From an uncultured Gammaproteobacteria bacterium (lineage in GTDB: Bacteria; Patescibacteriota; Microgenomatia; CAYQLK01), in contig CAYUKQ010000005.1 of NCBI GenBank assembly GCA_964445355.1, positions 1-45,557 on the forward strand: a stretch of 45,557 nt of DNA. Direction: 5' to 3'. This document shows positions 1-9,069 of this stretch, in pieces. The stretch's first letter is position 1; every line of letters begins with the position of its first letter. The translations under genes were made by a program, and so were the position numbers. The notes under the pieces are model-generated. The model did no database searches and was not told the DNA's origin. It saw only the letters and a program-made list of their open reading frames with translations.

Positions 1-4
1 CATA

Positions 5-406
5 TCAGTGCAAGATCCAGCGAACCAGACTTGCGGTGAATGAGTATACCAAAGCGGCGGCTAAAATGGTAAGGAAAAAGCTTAGGGATATCTCCGGGAT
101 GATATAACCGTTGATGTTGGTGGCCGGTGAATAAAATGGTGATACTTTGAATACTGGATACAGCATTGATAAAAAATAAAAATATACCGAAGTCAGTATA
201 AAGCTCAATAGACCAAAAAAAATAAAATTAATTGGCAGTAAAATTGTTTTCGCGATCGGACGGACAAAATAATGAGTAATAAATAACCCAATACATATAA
301 TGATAAATGTACGGGTTTCATCATCAAGTTTGATGGAATTGATGATAGTTAGCGTAATCCAGAAAGAGACAGCGACTGTAATTAGACTTCGAATGATTTT
401 TTTCAT
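5..406 (-). CDS. 4-TM membrane protein, phage-holin family IV / YvlD-like
   Basis: 133 aa, four hydrophobic stretches, RPI..L.LPIN...FGL motif typical of this family; lies 11 nt downstream of uvrC. Confidence 0.7.
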   Translation of the reverse strand: MKKIIRSLITVAVSFWITLTIINSIKLDDETRTFIIICIGLFITHYFVRPIAKTILLPINFIFFGLLSFILTSVYFYFLSMLYPVFKVSPFYSPATNINGYIIPEISLSFFLTILAAALVYSFTASLVRWILH

Positions 407-417
407 CGTTGTTTTAA

Positions 418-1719
418 CTATGACACAATATTACGAATGCGTTCAAATTGTTGTTTTTTTCTTAGCTTGCGATGGTAGGTAATTGCAAAACGGTGTGATT
501 CATCCCTAATTTGTCTAAGCAGAAGTATGGCGGGTGAATTTTTTTCCAAAATGATTGAATTAAGTTGATTGGGAATAAAAATTTCTTCTAGTCTTTTGGC
601 TAGGCCAATAATTGGAATGTCAATATTGTTCTCTTTTAGGACGGCATTTGCGGTCGAAACCTGCCCTTTTCCGCCGTCTATGACAAATAAATCAGGGAGC
701 GGCCAGTCGTTTTTCAGCCTGCGGGTAAGCATTTCTTTGTGCATGGCAAAATCATCTGGAGTTGATTTCGTTTTGATTCGGAATCTGCGGTACTGCGATT
801 TGTCTGGCGCACCGTTGGTTAGGACAACCATAGAACCCGTCGCATTTGTACCCTGAAAATTACTAATGTCGTAACACTCAATCCTTTTTGGGGTACGAGT
901 TAAATTCAAAACCTTCTTTAAGGTATATATTTTTTGCAGATTAAGGTCTGACAATAGGTTGGGTGATCGTAAATATTCGTCCGGATATCTGACCTTCTGT
1001 GTAACGTAAGTTAAACCTTCAATTTGTTTTTTTAGTAATAGCGCGGTTTCGAAGGCTTGATTTTTTGAAGCGGTCGTCATTTGCTTATTTAGATCGGTAA
1101 TTATTTTTTGATATTTTCCCGATAAAAATTTAACTAGTATTTTAAGATCACGTCGGTATTTAAGTCGATTTTTTTCACTGCGATAAGGATCTGGACAAAG
1201 CCCGAGATGTACATACAGACACGGCCGTTTATCGGCGGAGTGGGTGCAAAACGGAATAACCTTCCGTATATTTTTCAGAAAGTATGTAACTGTTTTACTT
1301 GATGGGTACGGTCCGAATATATAATCGCCTCTTTTGATCTTTGATTTGGGCTTGCGAACAGCCAGAACTTTGGGAACTGGGGAAGAATAGTCTATTTTTA
1401 TGTATAAAGGACTCTTGTCATCTTTGACAATAATGTTGTATTTGGGTAAATATTTTTTGATCAAATTCGCTTCCAGAAGCAACGATTCGACTTCTGTTTC
1501 GACTACGATATATTCAATTTTGGCGATTTCAGCGACTAATTTGGCGGTTTTGGGAAGCAGCTTATCAGGTGGGCGAAAATAACTACTTACGCGAGAGCGA
1601 AGATTGACCGATTTTCCGACATAAATTACTTTACCGGAGTCATCCCGATATATATAAACTCCAGGTGTTTGAGGTAACAATAAAAACTTGGTTCGGTCAA
1701 TAATAACTCCGCCAATCAT
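418..1719 (-). CDS. uvrC: Excinuclease ABC subunit C (short form)
   Basis: N-terminal GIY-YIG (PGVYIY...IYVGKSVNLRSRV), UVR motif, RNaseH-like domain (RIECYDISN, PDLFVIDGGKGQ, RDESHRFAITYHR). Confidence 0.96.
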   Translation of the reverse strand: MIGGVIIDRTKFLLLPQTPGVYIYRDDSGKVIYVGKSVNLRSRVSSYFRPPDKLLPKTAKLVAEIAKIEYIVVETEVESLLLEANLIKKYLPKYNIIVKDDKSPLYIKIDYSSPVPKVLAVRKPKSKIKRGDYIFGPYPSSKTVTYFLKNIRKVIPFCTHSADKRPCLYVHLGLCPDPYRSEKNRLKYRRDLKILVKFLSGKYQKIITDLNKQMTTASKNQAFETALLLKKQIEGLTYVTQKVRYPDEYLRSPNLLSDLNLQKIYTLKKVLNLTRTPKRIECYDISNFQGTNATGSMVVLTNGAPDKSQYRRFRIKTKSTPDDFAMHKEMLTRRLKNDWPLPDLFVIDGGKGQVSTANAVLKENNIDIPIIGLAKRLEEIFIPNQLNSIILEKNSPAILLLRQIRDESHRFAITYHRKLRKKQQFERIRNIVS

Positions 1720-1735
1720 ATGACAATAATTGTAA

Positions 1736-3613
1736 TTAATTATCTAAGTGTGCGAGTTTAGCGTGTGATCGAATCCTTTTCAAGCTGATGGTAAATATGA
1801 TCAATCCAAGAATCGATACTCCAAGATAGATAATTATTGGTGATAAAAATAGCGGTCTGATAGTAATTTCACTATTAATTACCTGGTCCTGATAAATAAT
1901 TTGGATCGGATATGTTTTGTTGGTAAATAAATTATTGTTAGACAAAGAAAACTTGAGTGTGTTGGTCGAGTACGCTGGAAGTGACAAAATGTCGATCGAT
2001 TTTTCGCCTGAAATAGGTGCATCGGTTTGGATTTTGATCTTTTGATTAATTACGGATTTATGACCTAAATTAGTAAGAACAATTGCCCCTTCACCTCCGG
2101 TGCCGGCGACATAATGTTGTGGTAAATTAAGTTTAAGATTAATTTTAAGTTCTTGAGTTGGAATTTCACTGGCAAATTCGACTTTGACATCTTTTTGGTC
2201 TGAGGCGGTTTTGTAACTTCCAGCTGGAAGAGGGAATTCCGATGAATACCCTTTTTGTACAAATGTAATATGGTTAAAATCCAGCTTGGTAAAAAAATCC
2301 AAACCGCCAGTTGTTGATCCCCAAGTCGGATCGATCTGTATCCAACCTTTTTCTTCATCGTAATATTCCGGCCAGGCGTGAAGAATGTCAGTTGTGCTGG
2401 AAGCCAGTGAAAGTGGTCGAAGTCTTGAATTCTGTGTGTTAGCATACCCATTAACTTCGCGTGCTGGAATTCCAATCATTCTTGCAAAAGTAATAAACAG
2501 GTCGGTAAATTCCATGCAAACACTATTTTCTGGATTATCGTATGCGGCTCTTGAGCCTTGGCGAGTAATCGTTGCATCGTCTAACCGTTTTTCGTTGTAA
2601 GTTAGATAGGTTGTGACGAAATCATATATATCCTTGGCTGATTTAAATGAAGAGACTTTTTCCCGAAGTTGGGGGTCGGTAACATCCCAAAACTTGTCAT
2701 TTTGAGTGTATTTTTGTTTTTGTTCATCAGTTAATGGAATTATTGGATAGTCTTTGGGTTGATGTGTTACCTCAGCATAGCCACTGTAGGTTACTGTTAC
2801 TTCTTCTGCGGGTGGAAGCTTGAATCGTGCAATATAATTACCATCAGCATCTACTGTAACTGTTTCTGGTTGTGGTTCGATTTTGGTCGTGAATATTCGC
2901 TGGTAAGCATTGTCTGTTGGTAATGCAACTTCGGAATAAACACTGCGAAGATTATCGTTCTTAAGATGGTAAGTAAGATTAAGTTTATAAATTTGTTTTT
3001 CACCAAAGGAGCTTGAAACGCCTTTTTCAGATATTTGAGTAATATTGAATGAATAGATTGTTTTTGAAATTCCTCCAATTGTAGATTTTTGGATATTAAT
3101 GGGGGTTGGATTAATAAAGGCGGCTGGACCAAAAGCATCAGGCACCGCCATGTGTACATTGTATGTTCGAACTTCGTCAGTTTTGCTAAGTTTTGGGATC
3201 GAAATTTCCCAGATTATGCCGTTTTTGACAGTTAGTTCGTTTGCATCGTAGCTTAGTTTCCAATTAAGTTTTTTTCCAAGGCCGACAACACGATCATTAA
3301 AATTAACTGTAAGTTGAGTTTTATTATTGTTGAAGTTTTGTTCAACATTAAGAGGCCCAGAACCATCTGAGGCTTGAATATTTTCTGGTTTTGTTTGACC
3401 AAGGCTGAGGTTGAATTTTGTGGCGTAAAAACGGCTGGTATTGTTTTCGAGCGAGATGGTTTGGCTGACTTTTGTTTTACCGTTGAGGTCAATATCGTAA
3501 GTAATGTTATAGTCAGCGGCAAATTCCCCTTCAGCTTTTGCTGGCGAATTGAATACTAGAAGAGATATCCAAACGAAGAAAAGAGTAAGAAACGATTTTT
3601 TAATAAATTTCAC
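1736..3613 (-). CDS. Secreted, membrane-anchored transglutaminase-like protein
   Basis: N-terminal signal peptide, catalytic triad motifs VCMEF / HAWPEYY / IDPTW, C-terminal TM helix followed by basic tail. Confidence 0.85.
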   Translation of the reverse strand: MKFIKKSFLTLFFVWISLLVFNSPAKAEGEFAADYNITYDIDLNGKTKVSQTISLENNTSRFYATKFNLSLGQTKPENIQASDGSGPLNVEQNFNNNKTQLTVNFNDRVVGLGKKLNWKLSYDANELTVKNGIIWEISIPKLSKTDEVRTYNVHMAVPDAFGPAAFINPTPINIQKSTIGGISKTIYSFNITQISEKGVSSSFGEKQIYKLNLTYHLKNDNLRSVYSEVALPTDNAYQRIFTTKIEPQPETVTVDADGNYIARFKLPPAEEVTVTYSGYAEVTHQPKDYPIIPLTDEQKQKYTQNDKFWDVTDPQLREKVSSFKSAKDIYDFVTTYLTYNEKRLDDATITRQGSRAAYDNPENSVCMEFTDLFITFARMIGIPAREVNGYANTQNSRLRPLSLASSTTDILHAWPEYYDEEKGWIQIDPTWGSTTGGLDFFTKLDFNHITFVQKGYSSEFPLPAGSYKTASDQKDVKVEFASEIPTQELKINLKLNLPQHYVAGTGGEGAIVLTNLGHKSVINQKIKIQTDAPISGEKSIDILSLPAYSTNTLKFSLSNNNLFTNKTYPIQIIYQDQVINSEITIRPLFLSPIIIYLGVSILGLIIFTISLKRIRSHAKLAHLDN

Positions 3614-3670
3614 GGCAGGTATTTAGACTTAATGATAGCTAAAATCGTATAAAAAATGTATTCACCAACA

Positions 3671-6592
3671 CTAAACCAGCTCTGAGAGAAATTTGGCCGT
3701 GTGTGATTTTGTAACCTTAGCCACTTCGACGGGCATGCCTTGAGCGACTATTTCACCACCACCATCGCCACCTTCGGGTCCCAGGTCGATTATCCAGTCA
3801 GCATTTTTAATAACATCAAGATTATGCTCAATTACTACAACCGTGTTCCCCTGCTCAACAAGCCGAGAAAGAATATTGAGAAGTTTTTCAATGTCAGCAA
3901 AATGTAATCCTGTGGTAGGTTCGTCGAGAATATAAAGTGTTTTACCGGTAGAGCGCTTGGATAATTCCGAGGCTAACTTGACTCGCTGTGCTTCACCGCC
4001 AGATAGCGTCGGAGCTGGTTGTCCTAATTTGATATAACCGAGACCGACGTCAACGACAGTGGCAAGCTTGTTTTTGATTACTGGAATATTGCTAAAAAAA
4101 TCTAACGCTTCTTCGACAGTCATATCTAAAACTTCAAAAATATTTTTGTCTTTAAAATGGACTTCGAGTGCTTCTTGGTTGTACCGCTTGCCGTTACAAA
4201 CCTCACAGTCAACATAAACATCGGGCAAAAACTGCATTTCTATTTTTACCTGCCCTTCGCCTTCACAAGCTTCGCAGCGGCCACCTTTAACATTAAAAGA
4301 AAATCTGCCGGATTTGTATCCTCTGATTTTCGCTTCTGTAGTTTGAGCAAAAAGTTCGCGTATTGGAGTAAAAATCCCGGTGTATGTTGCTGGGTTAGAC
4401 CGAGGAGTTCGACCAATTGGCGACTGGTCAATCATAATAACTTTATCCAGGTGATCGGTTCCCATAACAGTAGTGTGCCCTCCAGGTCGCTCTTTGGCGT
4501 GATAGAATTTTTGAGCTAGACTTTTGTAAAGAATATCGTGAACTAATGTTGATTTTCCTGATCCAGATACACCAGTAAAACACACGAATTTACCGAGAGG
4601 AATTGATACATCGATATTTTTTAGGTTGTGCTCACTTGCGCCAATAATTGATAATTCTTTCCCATCATGAGGATTAATGAAGGGTTTAGTTTTAACTTTG
4701 ATTTTCTTTTTGTCGGATAGGTATTTACCGGTTAATGATTTAGGGTCGCGGATTATTTCGCTTGGGGTTCCACAAGAAACTATGCTTCCACCATGCTCCC
4801 CTGCTCCGGGGCCAAAATCAAAAATATAATCCGACTCCAGCATCATATCCCGATCATGTTCAACGACTAATACAGAGTTGCCCAAATCGCGAAGTTTTTG
4901 CAGTGTGCCGATCAGTCGTACATTATCCCTCTGATGCAGTCCAATGGAAGGTTCATCAAGGACATACAATACCCCAGACAAACCAGAGCCAATCTGGCTC
5001 GCTAAACGTATCCTTTGTGCTTCACCGCCAGCTAAGGTTGAGGCTGTTCTTGATAAAGACAGGTAGTCTAACCCGACGTCGATCAAGAATTGCAATCTTG
5101 AGGTAATTTCTTTAAGAATGGGAGCGGAAACCTGAGCATCACGGTGATTATGTGCGAAAATTTTTGATAGTGTCTTAAGCCATTCCAACGTATCGCGAAT
5201 TGATTTTTGCGCAACGTTGTGAATATTGAGCCCTTCAATGGTAACCGACATAGCTTCAGCCTTAAGCCTTGTGCCGTGACAAGTAGGACATGGCAATATC
5301 CGCATGAATTTCTCGATTTCCCCCCTGATATAGCCTGATTCGGTTTCTTTGTGGCGCCTTTCCAAGTTGGGAATAACACCCTCAAAGGTTGTTTGCCATC
5401 TGGCTGATTTGCCAAATCTGTTCTCTCCCTGTACATCAAAAACTTGATCAGAACCATACAATAGAAACTTACGATCTTCTTCAGAGAGCTCTTTGATTGG
5501 GGTATGAATTGAAAAGTGAATTTGTTTCGAGGCCTCATCAAGTAGTCGTGAGAACCAGGTTTCGTGCGTTGAAAGCCTAGACCAGGGTAAAATTCCACCT
5601 TGAGCGATCGTCAGATTGGGGTTAAAAACTAATTCAGGTTCAACCTCAAGCTTGGTACCGATACCAGTACAGGTGGGGCATGCACCATGGGGCGAGTTGA
5701 AAGAAAATGTTCTTGGTTCGATCTCAGGCAGAGAAATATTATCAAACGGACAGGCAAATTTTTCACTGAAAAGATGATCCTCCATTTCTGTTGGGAATTC
5801 AGGTATTTCAAAAGCACTGTCTAAAATCTTTGCAATAATTAAACTCCCCTCCGCCATCTTGAGTGCAGTTTCAACCGATTCTGATAAACGCTGTCTATCG
5901 CTGGCTGGTAAAATAAGGCGATCGATTACTGCATCTATTGAGTGCTTGTTGGTCTTGATTAAAGTAAAATCGTCCTCAATGTCCTTGATCTGGCCATCAA
6001 CTCTGACCTTAGTAATTCCACGCTTTCTTAAATCAGTAAATAATTGAGAGAACTCGCCTTTTCGATCCTTAACGATTGGCGATAGTATCAACACTCTGGT
6101 TGGAGGTTTGATTTTGGGATCGCCAAGTTTTTGAATCTCTTCAACAATTTGCGCCGCTGATTGATGTTTAACCTCTCGTCCACAACTCGGGCAGTGTGGA
6201 TGCCCAACTCTGGCAAAAAGCAGTCTTAAATAGTCGTAAACTTCTGTAATCGTACCGACTGTGGAGCGCGGATTACGTGAGGTGGATTTTTGATCGATTG
6301 AAATCGCTGGCGATAACCCGTCGATCTGATCTACGTCTGGTTTGTCCATAACTCCCAAAAATTGCCTTGCATAGCTAGATAATGATTCAACGTAACGTCT
6401 TTGTCCTTCTGCATAAATAGTGTCAAAAGCAAGTGATGATTTACCAGAACCTGATAGTCCTGTAAATACGACTAACTGGTTACGAGGAATTTGCAGTGTA
6501 AGATTTTTAAGATTGTGTTCCCGTGCACCGGACACATTGATATATTGCTGAAGTTGTTGAGTTTTTTTCGGGTTATCTTTGGTGCTGCTCAT
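3671..6592 (-). CDS. uvrA: Excinuclease ABC subunit A
   Basis: Two Walker A motifs ([16 protein letters not shown]), two LSGGEAQR-type signatures, CxxC zinc fingers, 973 aa. Confidence 0.99.
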   Translation of the reverse strand: MSSTKDNPKKTQQLQQYINVSGAREHNLKNLTLQIPRNQLVVFTGLSGSGKSSLAFDTIYAEGQRRYVESLSSYARQFLGVMDKPDVDQIDGLSPAISIDQKSTSRNPRSTVGTITEVYDYLRLLFARVGHPHCPSCGREVKHQSAAQIVEEIQKLGDPKIKPPTRVLILSPIVKDRKGEFSQLFTDLRKRGITKVRVDGQIKDIEDDFTLIKTNKHSIDAVIDRLILPASDRQRLSESVETALKMAEGSLIIAKILDSAFEIPEFPTEMEDHLFSEKFACPFDNISLPEIEPRTFSFNSPHGACPTCTGIGTKLEVEPELVFNPNLTIAQGGILPWSRLSTHETWFSRLLDEASKQIHFSIHTPIKELSEEDRKFLLYGSDQVFDVQGENRFGKSARWQTTFEGVIPNLERRHKETESGYIRGEIEKFMRILPCPTCHGTRLKAEAMSVTIEGLNIHNVAQKSIRDTLEWLKTLSKIFAHNHRDAQVSAPILKEITSRLQFLIDVGLDYLSLSRTASTLAGGEAQRIRLASQIGSGLSGVLYVLDEPSIGLHQRDNVRLIGTLQKLRDLGNSVLVVEHDRDMMLESDYIFDFGPGAGEHGGSIVSCGTPSEIIRDPKSLTGKYLSDKKKIKVKTKPFINPHDGKELSIIGASEHNLKNIDVSIPLGKFVCFTGVSGSGKSTLVHDILYKSLAQKFYHAKERPGGHTTVMGTDHLDKVIMIDQSPIGRTPRSNPATYTGIFTPIRELFAQTTEAKIRGYKSGRFSFNVKGGRCEACEGEGQVKIEMQFLPDVYVDCEVCNGKRYNQEALEVHFKDKNIFEVLDMTVEEALDFFSNIPVIKNKLATVVDVGLGYIKLGQPAPTLSGGEAQRVKLASELSKRSTGKTLYILDEPTTGLHFADIEKLLNILSRLVEQGNTVVVIEHNLDVIKNADWIIDLGPEGGDGGGEIVAQGMPVEVAKVTKSHTAKFLSELV

Positions 6593-6600
6593 GACGAAAT

Positions 6601-6629
6601 ATTTTAGTACATCACACCAACTATTTCAA
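6601..6629 (-). promoter_or_regulatory. Sigma70-type promoter of uvrA (TTGAAA-N17-TAAAAT)
   Basis: Read directly on the minus strand; the -10 ends 8 nt before the uvrA ATG. Confidence 0.7.
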
Positions 6630-6644
6630 GGCTACAACAGGTGA

Positions 6645-6673
6645 TTGATTAGGTATGTAAACTAACCTATAAT
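6645..6673 (+). promoter_or_regulatory. Sigma70-type promoter (TTGATT-N17-TATAAT)
   Basis: Read directly; the -10 ends 8 nt before ATG 6682. Confidence 0.75.
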
Positions 6674-6681
6674 ATTCCGCT

Positions 6682-8607
6682 ATGATAAATCGTCGAGAAT
6701 CCAGTGATACGGAGTCAGTCGTCAAAGCATTTGAGCAAAGGTATGGGAGAGTTTTTAGGCTGCCTGATTCAGATCGAGAATCTTTGTCTGCTTATAACGA
6801 CTTATTGATGGAATATAGACCACAGGCAACAACCTCCTTTCAAGCGTTGGGTCGACTAAATAAACACACCGGCCAACGTGTCGACAAGCTTCGCGCCGCA
6901 AAAAGTGATCTATCTATTGAGTATGACCAGATCGCAATGATTCAAAATACCAGCTTTTTGTATATAAGCTTATACGAAATTGGTCAAAAAAACGGGTGGA
7001 GCAAAGAGCAAATCGCTGAGGCGTTTGAGGCACAACTTAAATTTTATAACGAAATCTCTGTTGCAGCAAAAGAATTAGTCAGGCGGCGAATTAAGGGTTT
7101 TTCAATAAGTAATAATCGTCAGGCCGTGGCAGCAAGGGATCGTTTGGCTAAAAGAAAACCTGATTGGTATCAAAATGATTTGAAAAGTTGGTTGAATTTT
7201 ATGCATGATGAATTTTCTATCCAGTCAGATATTCGATCACGCCTAGTGGCCGATATTTGCCCTACTAGTATAGGTCAATCTGATCGTACTTACCGTGTTA
7301 CGGCTGAAAATCTGGTACCGGAGTGGTTATCAGACACTCGCAGAGATGATCAAGGAGAAATGCCGACACTAGAGACAGTCGAAAATGACGTGGTTGAAGA
7401 TGAATATGCAAAAAAGCGATTAGTCGATGAGTTTTTGTATCTTGAGTCCAAGTGCGAACATCTTGCCCAGCTAGCCGCGGATCGAGGCAGAAAAACAATT
7501 GAAAGAAATACGAGAAGAATGCGCGATTTGCTTCCTGTACCATCAAACTTGCCGCAGTTGTTAATGTTTATGGCTGACACTGACGGTGTCGTATATTACA
7601 ATCTTGATCCGGATCAAATATCAGCAATGACTCCAGCGGAAATTAACTCCACGGCCCTTGCCGGTGAATCAAAAGAGGAATGGCTAATTAGACGGTTTGC
7701 CCAAAATGCGGAAATGTCGGAAGAGTTGCTGAGAGTTTATCTCAAGAAAAAATTTGATGAACTTAAAATATTTGAAATTTCTACTGAGCAGAGAATAAGA
7801 CTGGTTGGTGCATTGCTAGCTGGCGTGGACAAAACCGAATTAATGGCTCTACGAAACGAAGATAAAAAAGCCTTTCAAACCATAAATTTTGACCTCAGAC
7901 CAATGCTTGGCTCGGTACCCGATGAAGTCATGCAAGATTTACAATCCCGGCTTGTTGATAATCCGTTTGTTAGTCAAGATCAACTAATTGGTCAATTATC
8001 GAGTACTATAGTTGATTACTTTTGGAGTACTTCACAAAGCCGTGAGGTTATAAAGTTAAAAGAGGAATATAGAAAATTTTCTATAAATTGGTTGAAAAAT
8101 AATTGGCGGGAAACATATGCTGCCCTATATGTGCATCTGCATAGCAAAGCTGCATTTCAATCTGAGACTGAGGAGAATGAGGAAGGAAAATCTTTGTCGG
8201 TCGAAGTTGTGAGTCAGACGGCCGAAATAGAAACTGAAATCAGAGAAGCTAAAATTGGCGGACTGGCAGGCTGGCAGATCTTATTTGATGTTAATAAAAA
8301 TGGTAATCCTCATATGGAGGAGTTATCAGGTGAAAGCTTGGATGATATTGAAGCCCAGTTGGAAGATGTACTACTCAAACACCGAATTTCCTGCTCAATC
8401 AAACTTTCAAGTGTTGTAAATACACTTGAATGGATCACAACTTTACCGAAGGAAGTAGTTCAGGTAATGATACGTGAAACAATCAACGGACTAGACTATC
8501 TTAAGATTAAACGGGGAAATGTCCGCTTATTTTTTCAAATCGATAATGAAAAAAAACAGTTACGATTTTTTGTATATCAAAAGCAATCACTTGAGTATCA
8601 TTTTTAG
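6682..8607 (+). CDS. Hypothetical 641-aa protein, helical N-region with putative RelE/ParE-like C-terminal domain
   Basis: Long ORF with its own promoter; C-terminus LKIKRGNVRLFFQIDNEKKQLRFFVYQK resembles the RelE-family pattern RLRVGDYRIIYEID. Confidence 0.6.
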   Translation: MINRRESSDTESVVKAFEQRYGRVFRLPDSDRESLSAYNDLLMEYRPQATTSFQALGRLNKHTGQRVDKLRAAKSDLSIEYDQIAMIQNTSFLYISLYEIGQKNGWSKEQIAEAFEAQLKFYNEISVAAKELVRRRIKGFSISNNRQAVAARDRLAKRKPDWYQNDLKSWLNFMHDEFSIQSDIRSRLVADICPTSIGQSDRTYRVTAENLVPEWLSDTRRDDQGEMPTLETVENDVVEDEYAKKRLVDEFLYLESKCEHLAQLAADRGRKTIERNTRRMRDLLPVPSNLPQLLMFMADTDGVVYYNLDPDQISAMTPAEINSTALAGESKEEWLIRRFAQNAEMSEELLRVYLKKKFDELKIFEISTEQRIRLVGALLAGVDKTELMALRNEDKKAFQTINFDLRPMLGSVPDEVMQDLQSRLVDNPFVSQDQLIGQLSSTIVDYFWSTSQSREVIKLKEEYRKFSINWLKNNWRETYAALYVHLHSKAAFQSETEENEEGKSLSVEVVSQTAEIETEIREAKIGGLAGWQILFDVNKNGNPHMEELSGESLDDIEAQLEDVLLKHRISCSIKLSSVVNTLEWITTLPKEVVQVMIRETINGLDYLKIKRGNVRLFFQIDNEKKQLRFFVYQKQSLEYHF

Positions 8608-8657
8608 GTAATAATTATTCTAAGTTTTCAAAATATTTTGTAACTTCATCCTATAGT

Positions 8658-8685
8658 TTGATATTTTACTTTTTAGGAGTAGAAT
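8658..8685 (+). promoter_or_regulatory. Candidate promoter (TTGATA-N16-TAGAAT)
   Basis: Read directly, upstream of a GC-rich ~90-nt leader and a small ORF. Confidence 0.5.
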
Positions 8686-8781
8686 ATTGTCAGACGCAAA
8701 GTATGGTTTCTTAGCGAACAGGCCACGTCCGCAAAAGACGGCATACAAACCCCGTTGCGTTGATCACGAGGCATATAGGAA

Positions 8782-9003
8782 GTGGCAAGTAAGTCTGGCT
8801 CAGGACATAATCGTAGGCGTGCTGCCCAGAGCATTGCCAGCCTGACACGCATAGGCGGTGAGGATTTTGAATGTGACCCCGAGGGATTCGGCGGTACCGC
8901 TTTCAGAGTCTATGGCGCTGATGGTCGACCGGCTGATTTGTTCGTCGGACAAGGTCGAGCAAGGATGGAAAGTACGAGACCAGACTCGCTCGAGTTCGAT
9001 TAG
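8782..9003 (+). CDS. Small hypothetical protein (73 aa)
   Basis: GTG start, GAGG about 10 nt upstream, own promoter and terminator, GC-rich. Confidence 0.5.
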   Translation: MASKSGSGHNRRRAAQSIASLTRIGGEDFECDPEGFGGTAFRVYGADGRPADLFVGQGRARMESTRPDSLEFD

Positions 9004-9037
9004 GTGTAGCCAACCTACTCAGGAAGGCTACCAACTA

Positions 9038-9069
9038 AGGTAGGCGTAAAAACGCCTACCTATTTTTTT
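9038..9069 (+). terminator. Intrinsic terminator
   Basis: Perfect 10-bp stem AGGTAGGCGT-AAAA-ACGCCTACCT followed by ATTTTTTT; overlaps the uvrB stop codon. Confidence 0.85.

Noticed and set aside
5-406. Holin as evidence of a prophage
   Set aside because: This family is commonly chromosomal; no endolysin or structural phage genes nearby.
6593-6681. SOS box upstream of uvrA
   Set aside because: No match to the lexA palindrome or to the E. coli or Bacillus boxes.
8690-8725. GACGCAAAG resembles part of the c-di-GMP-I riboswitch
   Set aside because: The upstream GGCAAAC...GAAA tetraloop stem needed for that class is absent.
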